A DNA stretch of 64,000 nt from assembly GCA_053919585.1 (NCBI GenBank), contig CM132789.1; one strand, given 5' to 3'. This stretch comes from Euprymna scolopes. Lineage: Eukaryota. The notes beneath the pieces were generated by a model that worked only from the letters and a program-made list of their open reading frames with translations, made no database searches and was not told the origin of the DNA. The position numbers and the translations under genes are program-made. Shown piece by piece: positions 48,890-61,505 of the stretch (positions are counted from its first letter, which is position 1; each line of letters begins with the position of its first letter).

Positions 48890-49760
48890 GCCTAATCTCT
48901 ATCTGACCAGAGAAGCAGGAGGTATGAACCTTATAGAAATTGACCATCAGCATCATGCCACTATTGTGAGCATCGGCTAATATTTGCTGAGCTTCCAAAA
49001 TCCAAAACCTCAAAATGGTTTATCAACATCATAAAACAAGAGCCAGCAGAACAACTGCCATGACAAAACTAGCCAAACATTTTAGACAAGACGGTCTTAC
49101 AGAATTAGAAAATAAGTTTCCTATGGAAATAGCCTTAAAGTGTCGTCAAAAATACACTAAGACTTTCCATTGCATAGAACTGGAAGAAGGAACCAACCAA
49201 GTGTTCCAAGTATTTTCTGTATGAATTCATCCAGGATTATATAGATAAGGAAGACTCTGTAAACTGGCTAAAAAGAGGATCACTCCATGAAGATGATCAA
49301 GAGAGGATTATAATGGCTACTCAGAATCAAGGCTTGATGACCAAGCTGTAAAAAGTTGAATATTGAATGCAGCAGCAGATCCTGGGAACATATACCAGAA
49401 ATAACAGTTGAAAATAAATTATACGCCTGTCCCTACAAGAAAACAGAACTATTAAATCTGATATAGAATGAGGAAGAATCAATCTTAGTAAAAGTTAGTG
49501 TTCACAATAAACAGAGCTGAGAGGGAAAAGATAACAAAATACCAAGGTCTTATATGACATGAAAAGAAATTGGAATCTTAGGAAGATCTCCATCATTCCA
49601 TTGTTTATAGGAGCAACTGAACTCATGAAAAAGAATTTCAAAATCTACCTTGAAAATATACCTGGTGAACAAAGTGCAAGAGAGGATCAAACAATTGCAC
49701 TAAAAAAGGGTGGTTAAAATTTTAAAAAGATCTCATGATTGGAATGTATGAGATAGCGAG
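48890..49760 (+). mobile_element. Decayed R4/Dong-like (restriction-like endonuclease) non-LTR retrotransposon 3' part
   Basis: Remnants LYLTREAGG, SVNWLKRGSL...IIMATQNQGLMT, EKITKYQGL and WNLRKISIIPLFIGAT follow the R4/Dong C-terminal pattern. Confidence 0.65.
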
Positions 49761-50649
49761 TGAATATCTGTCATCTGGTAGGATACCCCATCCACAGCTT
49801 GAATAAAATGATAAGAAAATTGAAAAAAAAAAATGAAGAGAAGTCGATTAAATTTTTAAAATTAGACCCAAATAGCAATCAGTCTGATATATCTCTTTCA
49901 TTCTGGTTGGTCTATTCTTTCATAAGTTTTCCTACTCAGTTCAGTTTTTTTTTCTGAGAATACTGACTAAGAAAGTTGTTTGAATGGAGTTAGTTTTGAT
50001 GGGCTGGTGTCAATCAGCACAATACCAAACAATACTAACATTTAAATCATTTTTTAAAAAAATATTTAAAAAATTAATCCATGATTTTTCATAATTGGCT
50101 AAATAAAGATTTAAAACATGACTTTACTAAATACACTTACATTTAATCTTCATTTTGTTCAGCCGATTTTACAAAACAGCTGCCTTGAATTTTGTACTAA
50201 TTTTGTTTAAACAATTTCTTAGCTTTGTTATCACTTATTTTTTTCTTATTAGATGTTTTAAAATACAAGTTTTATTAAACAAAAAGATGTTCAACTTGTA
50301 ATTTCTTAGTTCTCATAAGAATTTAAAACCATGGGAAAAAAATGTTGCAGTGCATGTTCTCCTGAGGACTATCAATAACCCCCCCCACACACACACACAC
50401 ATGCACACCCCCACACACACATGCACACTTTACATTTTGCTAAATTTCCACCATTACCAGTCCACCAATCATCACATTGTTGTCTCACTGGGCACATGAC
50501 ATTCATTAGCCCTTATCATCGTGTGGCTTTTGGGCCTTCATAAGTGGTGACACCTTAGTAAAATAAAATTAGCAACTTTTCCTAATTGTTAATGGTCATT
50601 TTCATTATTCTTACTTTTTAATGTTTAGTTATTTTTAGTGCATTTCATG

Positions 50650-51460
50650 TTACAGCTATTGAGTGAAATTCTAAACTTCAGGGAACTTCAAAACTTAAAT
50701 TTTAGAAGTGAAATAGCAAACAACTGTATACACAAAATAAAATTTACTTTAGAATAACAATGCATGAGAAAAATAAAAGAAATATTTAGAATGAAGTTTT
50801 CCAATCACGCATATGTTAAGATAGGCTGAAGTATTAATTTAAAACATTCACAAATAAACAGTGCATCACTGTATAGAAAGCAAAACAGTAGAATAGGAAG
50901 TAGATATCAACCAAACCTTTATTTGGTTGAAGCACAGCTATTGGATAATGGACACTTCAACTCACAGGTGAGAATAAATATGAATCTGATTGGTTAACAA
51001 ACTTCAATATGCATGAAAACAAACGATAAAATAAAAAAAAACTTTATATACTCAAGCCCTGAAATTGTTTGGCCTGATAATTGCCAATTTGTCTGGAAGC
51101 TCAAAGAAAACGGGCACTTGCCAATAATCGAGTTGAAAATAGTATGACACGTCAGTACATGTTGAAATTTAGAAGACCGATGTGAACTATTTCTGAATCA
51201 AGAAATTTGAAATTCTAAACTTTAAAAACTCCAAAGCCTATTAAATGGTAGGAGTGAAATAATATACAACTGTATACACAGATTAAAAGTTATTTTAGAA
51301 TGATAATACATAAGAAAAATAAAATGAAATTATTATTAATAAAAAAGTACTCCAAGCATGCGCAAGTTAAGATAAGCTTGACTATTAATTCAGCAAATTC
51401 ACAAAAGAAAAGTGATCAACAACAAAAAACATAAGACTCAATTGTGATATAAACTAACCC
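50650..51460 (+). mobile_element. Two tandem 3' fragments of a Naiad-related Penelope element
   Basis: LNFRSEIANNCIHKIK and WKLKENGHLPIIELKIV resemble 43960-44160. GTGAAATA...CAACTGTATACACA...GTTAAGATA occurs twice (~50708 and ~51254). Confidence 0.65.
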
Positions 51461-51469
51461 TAACCCTTG

Positions 51470-51790
51470 ATATATCCAAAGCCATTGACAAAGTTTTGCA
51501 TGAAAGGCATCTCACGAAAATTAAATCTGGTATTTCTGAATGAATACTCAACATAACAGATCCTTCCTAGACTGTTGAGATCTCCTAGATGCTCGAAACC
51601 CTTCTCTAATAGTTTCTTCTTGCAGACTGCTAGACTTTAGAATCCCCTTCCTGTTTTCTGCTTCCCTGACTGTACTAATATGCTGAAGTTAAAATGTACT
51701 GTAAGCAGTCATCTGTTTGCTCAACTCTCCACAATCACCCGAATAGTAGCTCCTTTACAGTTCCAAGTGGCAATATGACTTTTTTAGAGT
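51470..51790 (+). mobile_element. Decayed, internally deleted subfamily B LINE fragment
   Basis: LDISKAIDKVLH remnant fused to a 3' end matching 45920-46140. Confidence 0.65.
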
Positions 51791-51832
51791 TTTTTTTTTT
51801 TAAAAAAAAGAGCTTGTATAAATTTAGGATTT

Positions 51833-52448
51833 GAAAAATCGAAACTTTAAATTAAAAATTTCACACAAAACCAGACTTTAAAAAATAAGTTTTGAAAAAT
51901 TGAAACTTTAAATTAAACATTTCACACAAAACCAGACTTTAAAAAATATGTTTGAAAAATTGAAACTTTAAATTAAACATTTCACACAAAACCAGACTTT
52001 AAAAAATAAGTTTTGAAAAATTGAAACTTTAAATTAAACATTTCACACAAAACCAGACTTTAAAAAATAAGTTTTGAAAAATTGAAACTTTAAATTAAAC
52101 ATTTCACACAAAACCAGACTTTAAAAAATAAGTTTTGAAAAATTGAAACTTTAAATTAAACATTTCACACAAAACCAGACTTTAAAAAATAAGTTTTGAA
52201 AAATTGAAACTTTAAATTAAACATTTCACACAAAACCAGACTTTAAAAAATAAGTTTTGAAAAATTGAAACTTTAAATTAAACATTTCACACAAAACCAG
52301 ACTTTAAAAAATAAGTTTTGAAAAATTGAAACTTTAAATTAAACATTTCACACAAAACCAGACTTTAAAAAATAAGTTTTGAAAAATTGAAACTTTAAAT
52401 TAAACATTTCACACAAAACCAGACTTTAAAAAATATGTTTGAAAAATT
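51833..52448. repeat. Highly homogeneous 61-bp tandem array, 10 units
   Basis: Unit GAAAAATTGAAACTTTAAATTAAACATTTCACACAAAACCAGACTTTAAAAAATAAGTTTT; units 3-9 appear identical; units 2 and 10 are 60-bp variants. Confidence 0.97.
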
Positions 52449-53917
52449 TCAGTGAATTTTATAAACAAATTAACCATGTTTTGCATATCAACTACAATGC
52501 TCTCACTCAGTTTTAATTGATTCCTCCCTCCCTCTGACAAAAGAAAATAAATTAACCTTTAAACTTTTCTTCTATTTATTATGCACGGCAAACATATAAT
52601 TATTTGTGTTTAAGTTGATGTATCTTGTAACATCTTATTGGCCTTTCATAAGGTTAACAACGTGCATAACAGCTTTTTAGTTGTTTTCATTTCCCCATAA
52701 AAGGCATGATAGGAAGCTGAGATTAATATATGTATGAACAAAAATCGCTGTGTTTTGTCTTGCCCCATTTTAGGGTGCCACAAGTATCAAGGACATATCC
52801 TTTCCCATTGCAGCAATGCTAGAGGTAAGTTCTTGGTTGTTTCTTGGGACTGACATGTTAAAAAGTGCAGATATTACACTTAGTGTTATAGTATAAAGTA
52901 TGAAGGAGACGGTTATTGCTTGGATGTTTCTATTATTTTTGTAAATTGAACAAAAGCAATGTTTTTTTTTCTTGTGTATATTTTAACATTGAATTTAGAT
53001 TTACCTTTGTCGTTTGATTTGTTGCATGTTATGTATTAAATATCACTAGTCCTTGAATGATGAATCTATACTTTGTACTTCTTTTTTATTTTAGTTTTCC
53101 AGATTTTATTTTGTTTTTGCTTATACATTTACTTTTTCTTTTTTTTCTTTTCCTCTTTTTTTTATCTTTTCATTTTTTTCTTTTCCCCCCTTTTCTATTT
53201 CTCCTTTCTTTTTCTTTGATTTTTCTTTTTTCTTCCATTTCGCCTTTCTGTTTCTTTCTCTTTCTGTTTTCTCTTCTTTTTGACTTATTTCTTTGTCTTT
53301 ATTCTTTTTCTTTCTCTTTTTCTCTTTCTTTTTACTATTCTTTTTCTTTCATTTGCCTTTCTCTTTTTCTGTCTTTCTTTCCTATGTTCATCTCATTTCT
53401 TTTTCTCTCTTTTTTTTTGTTTTCTTTTTTTTCTCTCTTTTCTTTGATCTTTCTTTCCTCAATTACCTTTCCACTTCCTCCCTTCCAGTATTTTATTCTT
53501 GTCCCCTCCCTCTCCTTCCAATTTACCCAACATCCATTCTTAACAAACTCAACAAACTCCAGTTCCTGCTGTCTGCTCAGTCACCCAACTATGAACTACT
53601 AATCATTCCATCTGTCAGTTTGGCCAACATAAAACTAAGGAATTTTCAAAGCAAACAAACAGAAAAAAAAACAATTAACCTTCTGCCCTGGGTACACATG
53701 TTTTTAAAAGATGGCGGGTGGTGTTGAGTATTAAAGAGGTACTTGTCATGCAAACTACTTCCGGGTCAAACATTAAACAGACAAGCAAAAAAAAAAGCAT
53801 GTACCATTTCCAGTCTGGTAATTTTTTTCCTATCAACATTTGAAAATGAGATTTCAAGCTTAGTTGTTGACAGGAATACATGTTCTAACTACATGCTAGC
53901 ATACAACAAATATGAAG

Positions 53918-53966
<49 letters not shown>

Positions 53967-55105
53967 CTTCTGTACGTTTTTTTCTGACATATGGTCATGT
54001 CGATTTCTTTCTTTTAGATAATAGGGCCTCACATCAGTTAGATATGCATAAAATGTTGTCAAGAGGTTGACCCCAAAACAGAGCGTCTTCTCTCCTGATG
54101 ATCCGGCATTATCTGGAAACCAAAGTATAATCCCTCACAATTTTATGAATGAAATGAATACAAAAAGGTGACAAAACAATCCATATTTCTATCTTGATTA
54201 CCTGACACTAACTGGAAGCCGAAAGGAAATACTTCATATTTGAAAACAGCTAAAAAACATAATTATATTCAATCTACAATCTCTTGAATAAAAACCACGG
54301 AGCAGACGAATCGTCAAGCATTTAGTTTCTTTTTTACTTTATATTCATATGATCAGATTTTTTATCCTTTTTATTATCACATACATGATAGTCTGAATTT
54401 AGAGTTTGAGAATGATAAAGGGTAATTAAATATATAGCTACCACTTATAAAAGGGTGGAGTATGACTTTCACATAAGTTGGTCAGAATACTGCATGAACA
54501 AAATCAGCTCAATAGGTGAAATGTAGTCCTCTAGAGCTATAGTATATTAAATTGGAGGTGAATGAATTTAATGGATTAGTATAAGTTCATTTACATGTTT
54601 GAAGAAATCAAGACAAGTACATTATCCCAAGTTGTTTTTTGCCTTGATTTCATTAAAACATGTAAATAAACTTATACTAATTCATCAAATCCATTCACCT
54701 CCCATTATATATATATATATATATATATATAATCAACCAAACTCTAATCCCTACCCTATCACTGAAATGTTGCATCTCTGTGTCTGTTTTACAATTACTT
54801 TAATAGCATGTGCTCCGGTGAACTTAAGCACTTACACTCTTTCGACATACATGACTAATTTGACAAGCTGCAAAATCCTACCCCTATACCGTAGATATCC
54901 TTAGATACTGTAAAGCCTTCTACTCTGCTAGACTTCGGAATTCCTTCCCAGATTCCTGGTTCCATAGCTGTACTGACATGCAGAATTTTAAATGTAGTGT
55001 GAACAGACATCTCGCTGGTACAGTTTTACATATTTTAATGTCAATTAGAATTTGAAAATGTTAGTAAAATGTACTCACATTTTTTGTATGTTTGGTTCAT
55101 TGCAG

Positions 55106-55184
55106 GAATTATTGATCTTCCAGACAACATCAAAGCTTGCAAGCATCTCAAGTCATTGGAAGCCAGTATCAATCCACTGGGAAA
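55106..55184 (+). CDS. Lap1: Next coding exon (79 nt) of the same LAP-family LRR gene
   Basis: Acceptor ttgcag ending at 55105; donor AA|gtaagt at 55185. The phase-1 join with the previous exon gives G-IIDLPDNIKACKHLKSLEASINPLG-K, continuing the LRR pattern (cf. Erbin [27 protein letters not shown]). Confidence 0.9.
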
Positions 55185-56699
55185 GTAAGTTACATTTTGA
55201 GAGTACTTTTCTACTGTTTTTATGTTTTGACTATAATAAGCAAGCAAAGAATCCAGAATTGATAAGAATAATGTGTTTCAGGATGTTTTTTTTTAAATTA
55301 GGAAGGATAATTTGGATTATTATTCTCTTTTTTGTTGCAATGTTTTAGCTGATGTAACTCTCTGACAATTACCAGATGCACCTTTTATAACTTAGATACA
55401 AACTCTGGAACTTATATAAAATTTACAACTGAACTCTTCATCTATAGAGGTGAATTTAATAAAATCCTGGATAAAATGTGGATTAAAAAAGGGATTCTGT
55501 TCAAAATTCAGTGCAAGTTTCTAAGTTTGACTTCAAGGTTCTCAAGTTCAAAAGATGCATTTTAAGAAGATCAAATGTTACATCATCAAAAATGTTGTGA
55601 ATATAACAACCAAGATGAGATAACAAAATAATAATGATCAAAAAGTTCACCCAAAACAGGAAATAGTTTGTTGAACCGGTGCCAAAGATGGTCAGCTCAT
55701 CTCTGTGATGGCAAAAACTATTATTATTGTAGGTAAACCCAAGAAAGAAAGATGATATCAAAAAAACTCAGTCAATACTTGAGTTTATAATTAGAAATGG
55801 TAATTAATGGATGACACCAGAATTGTTATGTCCACCACTAATCTATGCTACATACTAACCAGTTCAAGTTTTCGCTAAGATATTCCAAAGCGAAGCCATA
55901 ATCAAGGCAAAGTGATTTGACATATTAACACATTAACCTCATAGAAGTAGATGTCAACTGAATTAACCTGGCTATGGAGATAAAGATCTCTTACTTAGAA
56001 GATATCTACTAATAGTTTGTAAATATCTTAACTGGCAAATTGAGAATGAACACAAACTCTGTAATTGAGATTTTATAGAAGCTGGTATACATGACTTGCA
56101 GGATAATGTTGACTATAACAGGTCAAGCCAAAATAGAATGGTCTGTAATCAGCAACAAGATGAAGACTAGTGGAAAGCAGTTCTATTGCAAGCATCATGG
56201 TGTAAAACAAATTACATACTTTGTTAAAATAATTGTTTTGTTTCTCTCTATTTTAACAAGCAATCAGATCAACTACCCAAGATTTCTTAGTGCCAAGTAA
56301 TAAAATTAATTAATGGGCAAAGCTGAATGGCAAAAAAAATCACCTGTGCTGTATATAAAAGCTTTAAACAAAAATGTGAGATGTGATGAAGCTGATTCTA
56401 ACTGTTGAGCTTAGGCTTAACCATGGTTTATCATTTGTAGCTTGATATAAGATGGATGATTTATCTGTCCAGTAAAAAAACTGAAATTTAGTGATAACAG
56501 GTGTTCTTGTTTGAGACGATGTCACCTGAAGTTGGGCAGTTTTTGGTCATTGGAGCACCAAACATATTTCTCGTTAGTACCATGAAGAAAAAATCCAAAG
56601 ATCAGAATATGAGCTGTATTCTTGTTAAAACTTTCTCACTACACTAACTGATTCGATAACAAAAAGGAACTCTTAAAATGACCAGTGTGAGTTTTTATT

Positions 56700-56915
56700 T
56701 TTATTTTAATGGAAATCAACACTTTATGTATGGAACTAAAAAAAAGAAAATACTACTTCAAGGTAAAAAATTTACCGAAGATAAATGTTAGATGGAATAG
56801 ATTCAGAAAACAGCAATTCTTCCCTCTTTGTCAGAAACATTGCTCATGGAATGTGAGGACTAAAGGACAAAATAAGGGAAGCGAGAATTACGAGACAGCT
56901 GAAAGTAAATGCAAG
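56700..56915. repeat. Dispersed repeat, second copy at ~58930-59150
   Basis: Shared GCAATTCTTCCCTCTTTGTCAGAAACATTG...GGAATGT...ACTAAAGGACAAAATAA. Confidence 0.75.
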
Positions 56916-57629
56916 ATCCATTTTCTATTCTCCTTAAATTATAATCTGGGGTTAGGTTCGTAAGAAATCCTTAAGACTGAAACCAGAAATAAATGAGTTA
57001 CAGACTACAGATGGACATAACCCACCATGGCAGCATTTGTTGTGAACTGATGATATATTGTGATCCAACATAACTTTCTATATTTATGCATATTCTTTTT
57101 AAAAAAAAGCTTGAACCAGTTGTGAACACATCTTTTCAAATTGGCCTGGTCTCAGAATAAAATTTTTGTCATAAAAAAAATCCAAAGCAATTTTTTTTAT
57201 TACACAATCTGTATATATTTGTTTATTTTTTACAAAAAAATAAATAATTATAGTTCCTTTTTTTTATAAAATGCTCTATATTATATAAATTTAATTGATC
57301 AACAATTCATCAAATTTTTAGAGATTGAATGTACAAAAAAAAGGTTATTATTTAAAAGAAAATGATTATTTTTGTTTGAATGTATGAAAGGAAAGAAAAA
57401 CAGTTTAATATGCTAAACACGTTTCTTTTCATAAGCTTTCAGAGTTTTGATGCAAAACTTATACTCGGTTGCTGTATTAATAAATACATCCCTTCATCAA
57501 AATTGTCCTAAACTTCACTTTAACTAATCAAACACGGTTCATACCACGGATCAATGTCAGTATAAATTCACCATGATGACTCTTAAATTGACGACAAAAT
57601 CTTTGTAACTCTAAACTGTTTTGGTAATA

Positions 57630-58060
57630 ATGGCGACATATGGGTCAGTGCATCACCTGCTAGTATCTCTTTAATGGGCAGGGTTCAAAAAAGAGTCTGC
57701 AATTGATTAGATCCTGCACTGTTGATCGACCTCCAACCCCTGTCCAATCACTGCAGCATTTCATCCCTGTGCTTGTTTTACAAAGTATTTAAATGGAATG
57801 TGTTTGGATGAACTTGTAGCACTTGTGATGCACCACCTCAATATAAATCTCTCCGGACTAACCCCAAATTCAACAAAGTCTCACGGCTTCACTATAGAGG
57901 TCTTCCAGTGCCAGAGAACCTTCAACTCTGAAAGTTTCTGTCTTTAGATTACTAGACTTTGGAATCCCCTTCCTGTATCATGCTTCCTCAACTTTACTAA
58001 CATACAAAAATTGAAGTGTAATGTGAACAGGTATCTCACTGCTCAACTCCCTGCTTAGAT
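57630..58060 (+). mobile_element. Decayed 3' fragment of subfamily B LINE
   Basis: Collinear with 45665-46080 (HIW..AS..S.SL...VQKR; CTAGACTTTGGAATCCCCTTCC). Confidence 0.75.
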
Positions 58061-59379
58061 TTTCCCTGTGAACATCGTCTCTAATTCTTGGTAGCCCTTT
58101 ACATCTCGGTATCAATTTGCCATGTTTGAAATGAATACGAGTATAAAAACGAGAAAAACAAAAAAAGACTAATATAACAACAGTGAGCCCCTATTTGCTT
58201 GTTTCCACACAAGGCCAAAAATAGAAACGAGATGGGTTTTTTAATGTGGGGAAAAATCCAGCTCCTCAAAAAGTAGCACATTGGATTGGGACAAAAATAA
58301 AAGCTGCCTCATTCTAGAAAGATTTCTCCTTAACTGACTGAGGATAGAACAGGTATTACACTTTGATTTCAGTCTAAAGTGGGTCATTGCATCATATGAA
58401 GGCATATTAGACAATATCTTTAAAAAGCAAAAAAATTTATTCTATCCAAGATGTTTTGATAATGATTGTATATCCAAGTGTATGTTAGGAAGAATTTTTT
58501 CCCCAGAAGATTTAGATATGTCATAAAAAGAAAAATCCTGTTTTGTGGGATTTTTTTTTTTTTTCTCAGCAAAATTGCAAAGTGACACTTTTTCCAGAAT
58601 TGAGATGAGAAATAACGATTTGTCTTTTACTTATGTTCTTGCTGTCAAAAATCTTGTTAAAACAAATTCGTCTATCTCACTTGAAAAGACCAAAAATTGT
58701 TTGAACAATAAATGAGGACAGCTAACTTTTTTTTTCTTTTTTTCTTTTTACATGTCTGGTGTTTAAAACTTTTTTTTTTATTTCTTTGTACTTTATTTGA
58801 TGAATTTCAAAAGATGCTCATTTTTTTGTTATTCATCTGATGTTTCAACAAATACCTTAAAAGATACAAAAATTAAAACAAAGAAATCGTTGTTTTTTTT
58901 CTTTCACTTGATTCTTTTTTCAATCAGATTTTATTTTACTGGAAATCGCTCCAGACAAGGTATGAGGCCACTTAAGAACTAAAAAAATAAATACTAGTTC
59001 AAGGTCATAAAATAAGTGTTACATGGATAGATTCCGAGCTAGAAAATAGCAATTCTTCCCTCTTTGTCAGAAACATTGGTCAAGGAATGTCAGAACTAAA
59101 GGACAAAATAAAGGAAATGAAAGTTACAAGGTTGCTGAAAATAAATCCATTTTTTACTCATGAGGGACCACCTGAAGGTTTCCAACATCCATAATAAAAG
59201 TGGTACTATGAATCTGACAGGACTTAAATATGGTACCCTAACCCAAAGTCATCAATTCATGCTTGACCAACTATAACTCTCATCCTTCACTCAAACCCAA
59301 CAAATAACCGATTTACATGAATTTTATTTCACAGTTTTGTATAAGCTATAAAATAAAATGCAATTATTTTAAGCTTACA

Positions 59380-59600
59380 TAATTCCATGGTTTTGCATAG
59401 AATTTTAAACGGAACCTTTTATTTACTTCCTGGGGGTAGCACGATTTCATTCCGTTAGCCATGACTGGGTAGAAAGTTTAAGTATTTAACAATTGTATTT
59501 TGGGTGTTGCGCACGCTGAGGATTGAACCTTCAACATCCAGAAGAGTGTAACTTCTAACTGAATTCTACCAAGTAATTTATCCACTACACCACTGATCTT
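59380..59600 (-). mobile_element. S1 SINE-like element, 5' two-thirds
   Basis: Reverse complement reads GTGGTGTAGTGGATAAATTACTTGGTAGAATTCAG...GAAGGTTCAATCCTCAG...CTACCCCCAGG, collinear with the 6205 and 21590 copies. Confidence 0.7.
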
Positions 59601-60149
59601 TTAATATCCATAAAACTGAATTTTACAAAGTACATATCCACTATGCCACTGGTCCTTCAGAAACATTTATTGCCATTTTTTATTTTTATTATTATTTAAA
59701 CTGTTCTCTTTCGTTCTCCATTCGCTTTATTTCTTGTTCTTTCTTTTCCCGCTTTTTATTGCTTTACATGAGACGATAATCTTCTGCCTTCTGTTTAGTC
59801 AAACACCATGTCATTTTTTTCGTTCACCTACAAACTGGTTATTTCGCTTGAGTGGGTGGTTGCAAAAAAATCAACATTATCAAAATGTCTGCGAATGAAA
59901 CAAAAAAAATTATATTTACTTTTGCTCTGGCATTTCTACTTTAAAAACTAAAACAAACTATGAAAATATGCTTCGTTCAAAGACATCTTGCGTCACTCTG
60001 TGCATATACGTGTGAATAACATTCCTGCACCTGTGTACACTGAATCCCTCTTAACCCAAGTAAATAAAATATTGTAGAAGGCAGTAAAATTAAATTGTAA
60101 AAATATTGCATCAATTCCACTGAGTAAATGTCAGTCTGTTATTATTCAC

Positions 60150-60490
60150 TCATTAAGAGTTCTCACACTGGCCATCACCAGCAATTACTCATAGGCGATA
60201 ACTTGTTGGTGTTCCCTAGAGTCTGAGTGACAACAAGTCTCACCGGGATTTCCAGTGCTCTCTATTTCACTTGATAACCATTGCACATGGTTTTGTATTA
60301 TTGCAACAGCCGCTTACCTTTGATCTCTTGGCAACATCCGTTGATATTCCCTGAGGTTTGGAGGGGGTGCAAAAAGCCTCCCCAAGGTCCTAATGCTCTC
60401 TGCACTTTTCCAATAGAGGTCTGGTTAGTGCTTTTTCTCCTCAGTCCCTCTGAACCCTTCACAACTTTTTGGTGTGGTGCTATCTAATGT
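60150..60490 (-). mobile_element. Dispersed SINE-like repeat with R4/Dong-type 3' tail (copy 2)
   Basis: Collinear with 10940-11250; the minus strand ends ...GACTTGTTGTCACTCAGACTC...GTGTGAGAACTC...AATAATAA. Confidence 0.5.
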
Positions 60491-61305
60491 AGACATCACC
60501 ATTTTTTTTTTTTTATTATGAGAAGAACCGTAGGGAAATTCTATGGTACTTTCTAAAGCAATTTTTATAATTGTGTGTGTGTGTGTGTATATATATATAT
60601 TATTATTATTATGATAATATTGAAATAATGTTTGTTACGGTTAATAATATTTTTTAAAAAAATGATTTTTTTTTCATCTTTTTTAACAATAATTATCATT
60701 ATTAGCTAAATATGTTTTTAAATAAAAGAATATGTCTATTTTTTCTGTATTTATTTTAAAATGGCAGCAATTGTTTTCTTTTTAAAAACAATAAATATTC
60801 ACTGTCTTCTTACCGTAAGTTCCAGCAGTTTAATTCTTTTTAAAACATTGCTAAGAACAAGATGTAGTATCTGTTCTGATACTACACTACACCTTTTCTG
60901 TCCTCGCTCAGCGGGGAGAAATCCTTCTAGACTGAGACAATTTTAATTTTTGTTCCTATCCAGGGTGTTCCTTTTTGGAGAGCTGGATTTTCCTCACATT
61001 AAAATCCGACCTTATGTCTAACTCTGCCCTCGTGGGGAGGCAAGTAAATAGGAACAATAAATATTCGCTGTCATAAAACGAATGTCACTTTTTAAAACTT
61101 TATTTAAAATGATGATAGAACGAAAGAATTCAAGATTGGAAGACGTAATATTCAAATGAGTAAAGTCAGAATTGTTCATCTTAGTGACATCAGATTAATC
61201 TGCATCTTTTGTGTGTGAAAGATAAAAAATACATTCGTGTGAACATAAAAAATGCTGTATTTAGAGATAATTGGTGAAGAATTTCTTTCTGAATTCATCA
61301 TGTCT

Positions 61306-61351
<46 letters not shown>

Positions 61352-61354
<3 letters not shown>

Positions 61355-61466
61355 TATAAAATACTACTTAGCTCTACCTACATATTGAGCACTGTTGAAG
61401 TAAATACTTAAAGTTTATGCATAAATTTCTCCTTTCGTATATTAATTTATGTGATTAAATTAAGTA

Positions 61467-61470
<4 letters not shown>
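61352..61470 (+). mobile_element. Solo Naiad pseudo-LTR tip inserted in (TA)n
   Basis: Reverse complement of 39528-39619 joined to 41253-41278, i.e. the Tc1-free state; (TA)n on both sides. Confidence 0.8.

Positions 61471-61504
<34 letters not shown>

Positions 61505-61505
<1 letters not shown>

Noticed and set aside
51833-52448. CRISPR-like array
   Set aside because: Head-to-tail repeats with no unique spacers, no cas genes, and a eukaryotic context.
53057-53727. Long F/L/S-rich ORFs (also 37816-38178, 48117-48558)
   Set aside because: Artefacts of stop-poor polypyrimidine tracts.
54095-54135. Hammerhead-like CTGATGA-TCCGG..CTGGA-AAC
   Set aside because: GAAA overlaps stem II, and no stem I partner is present.
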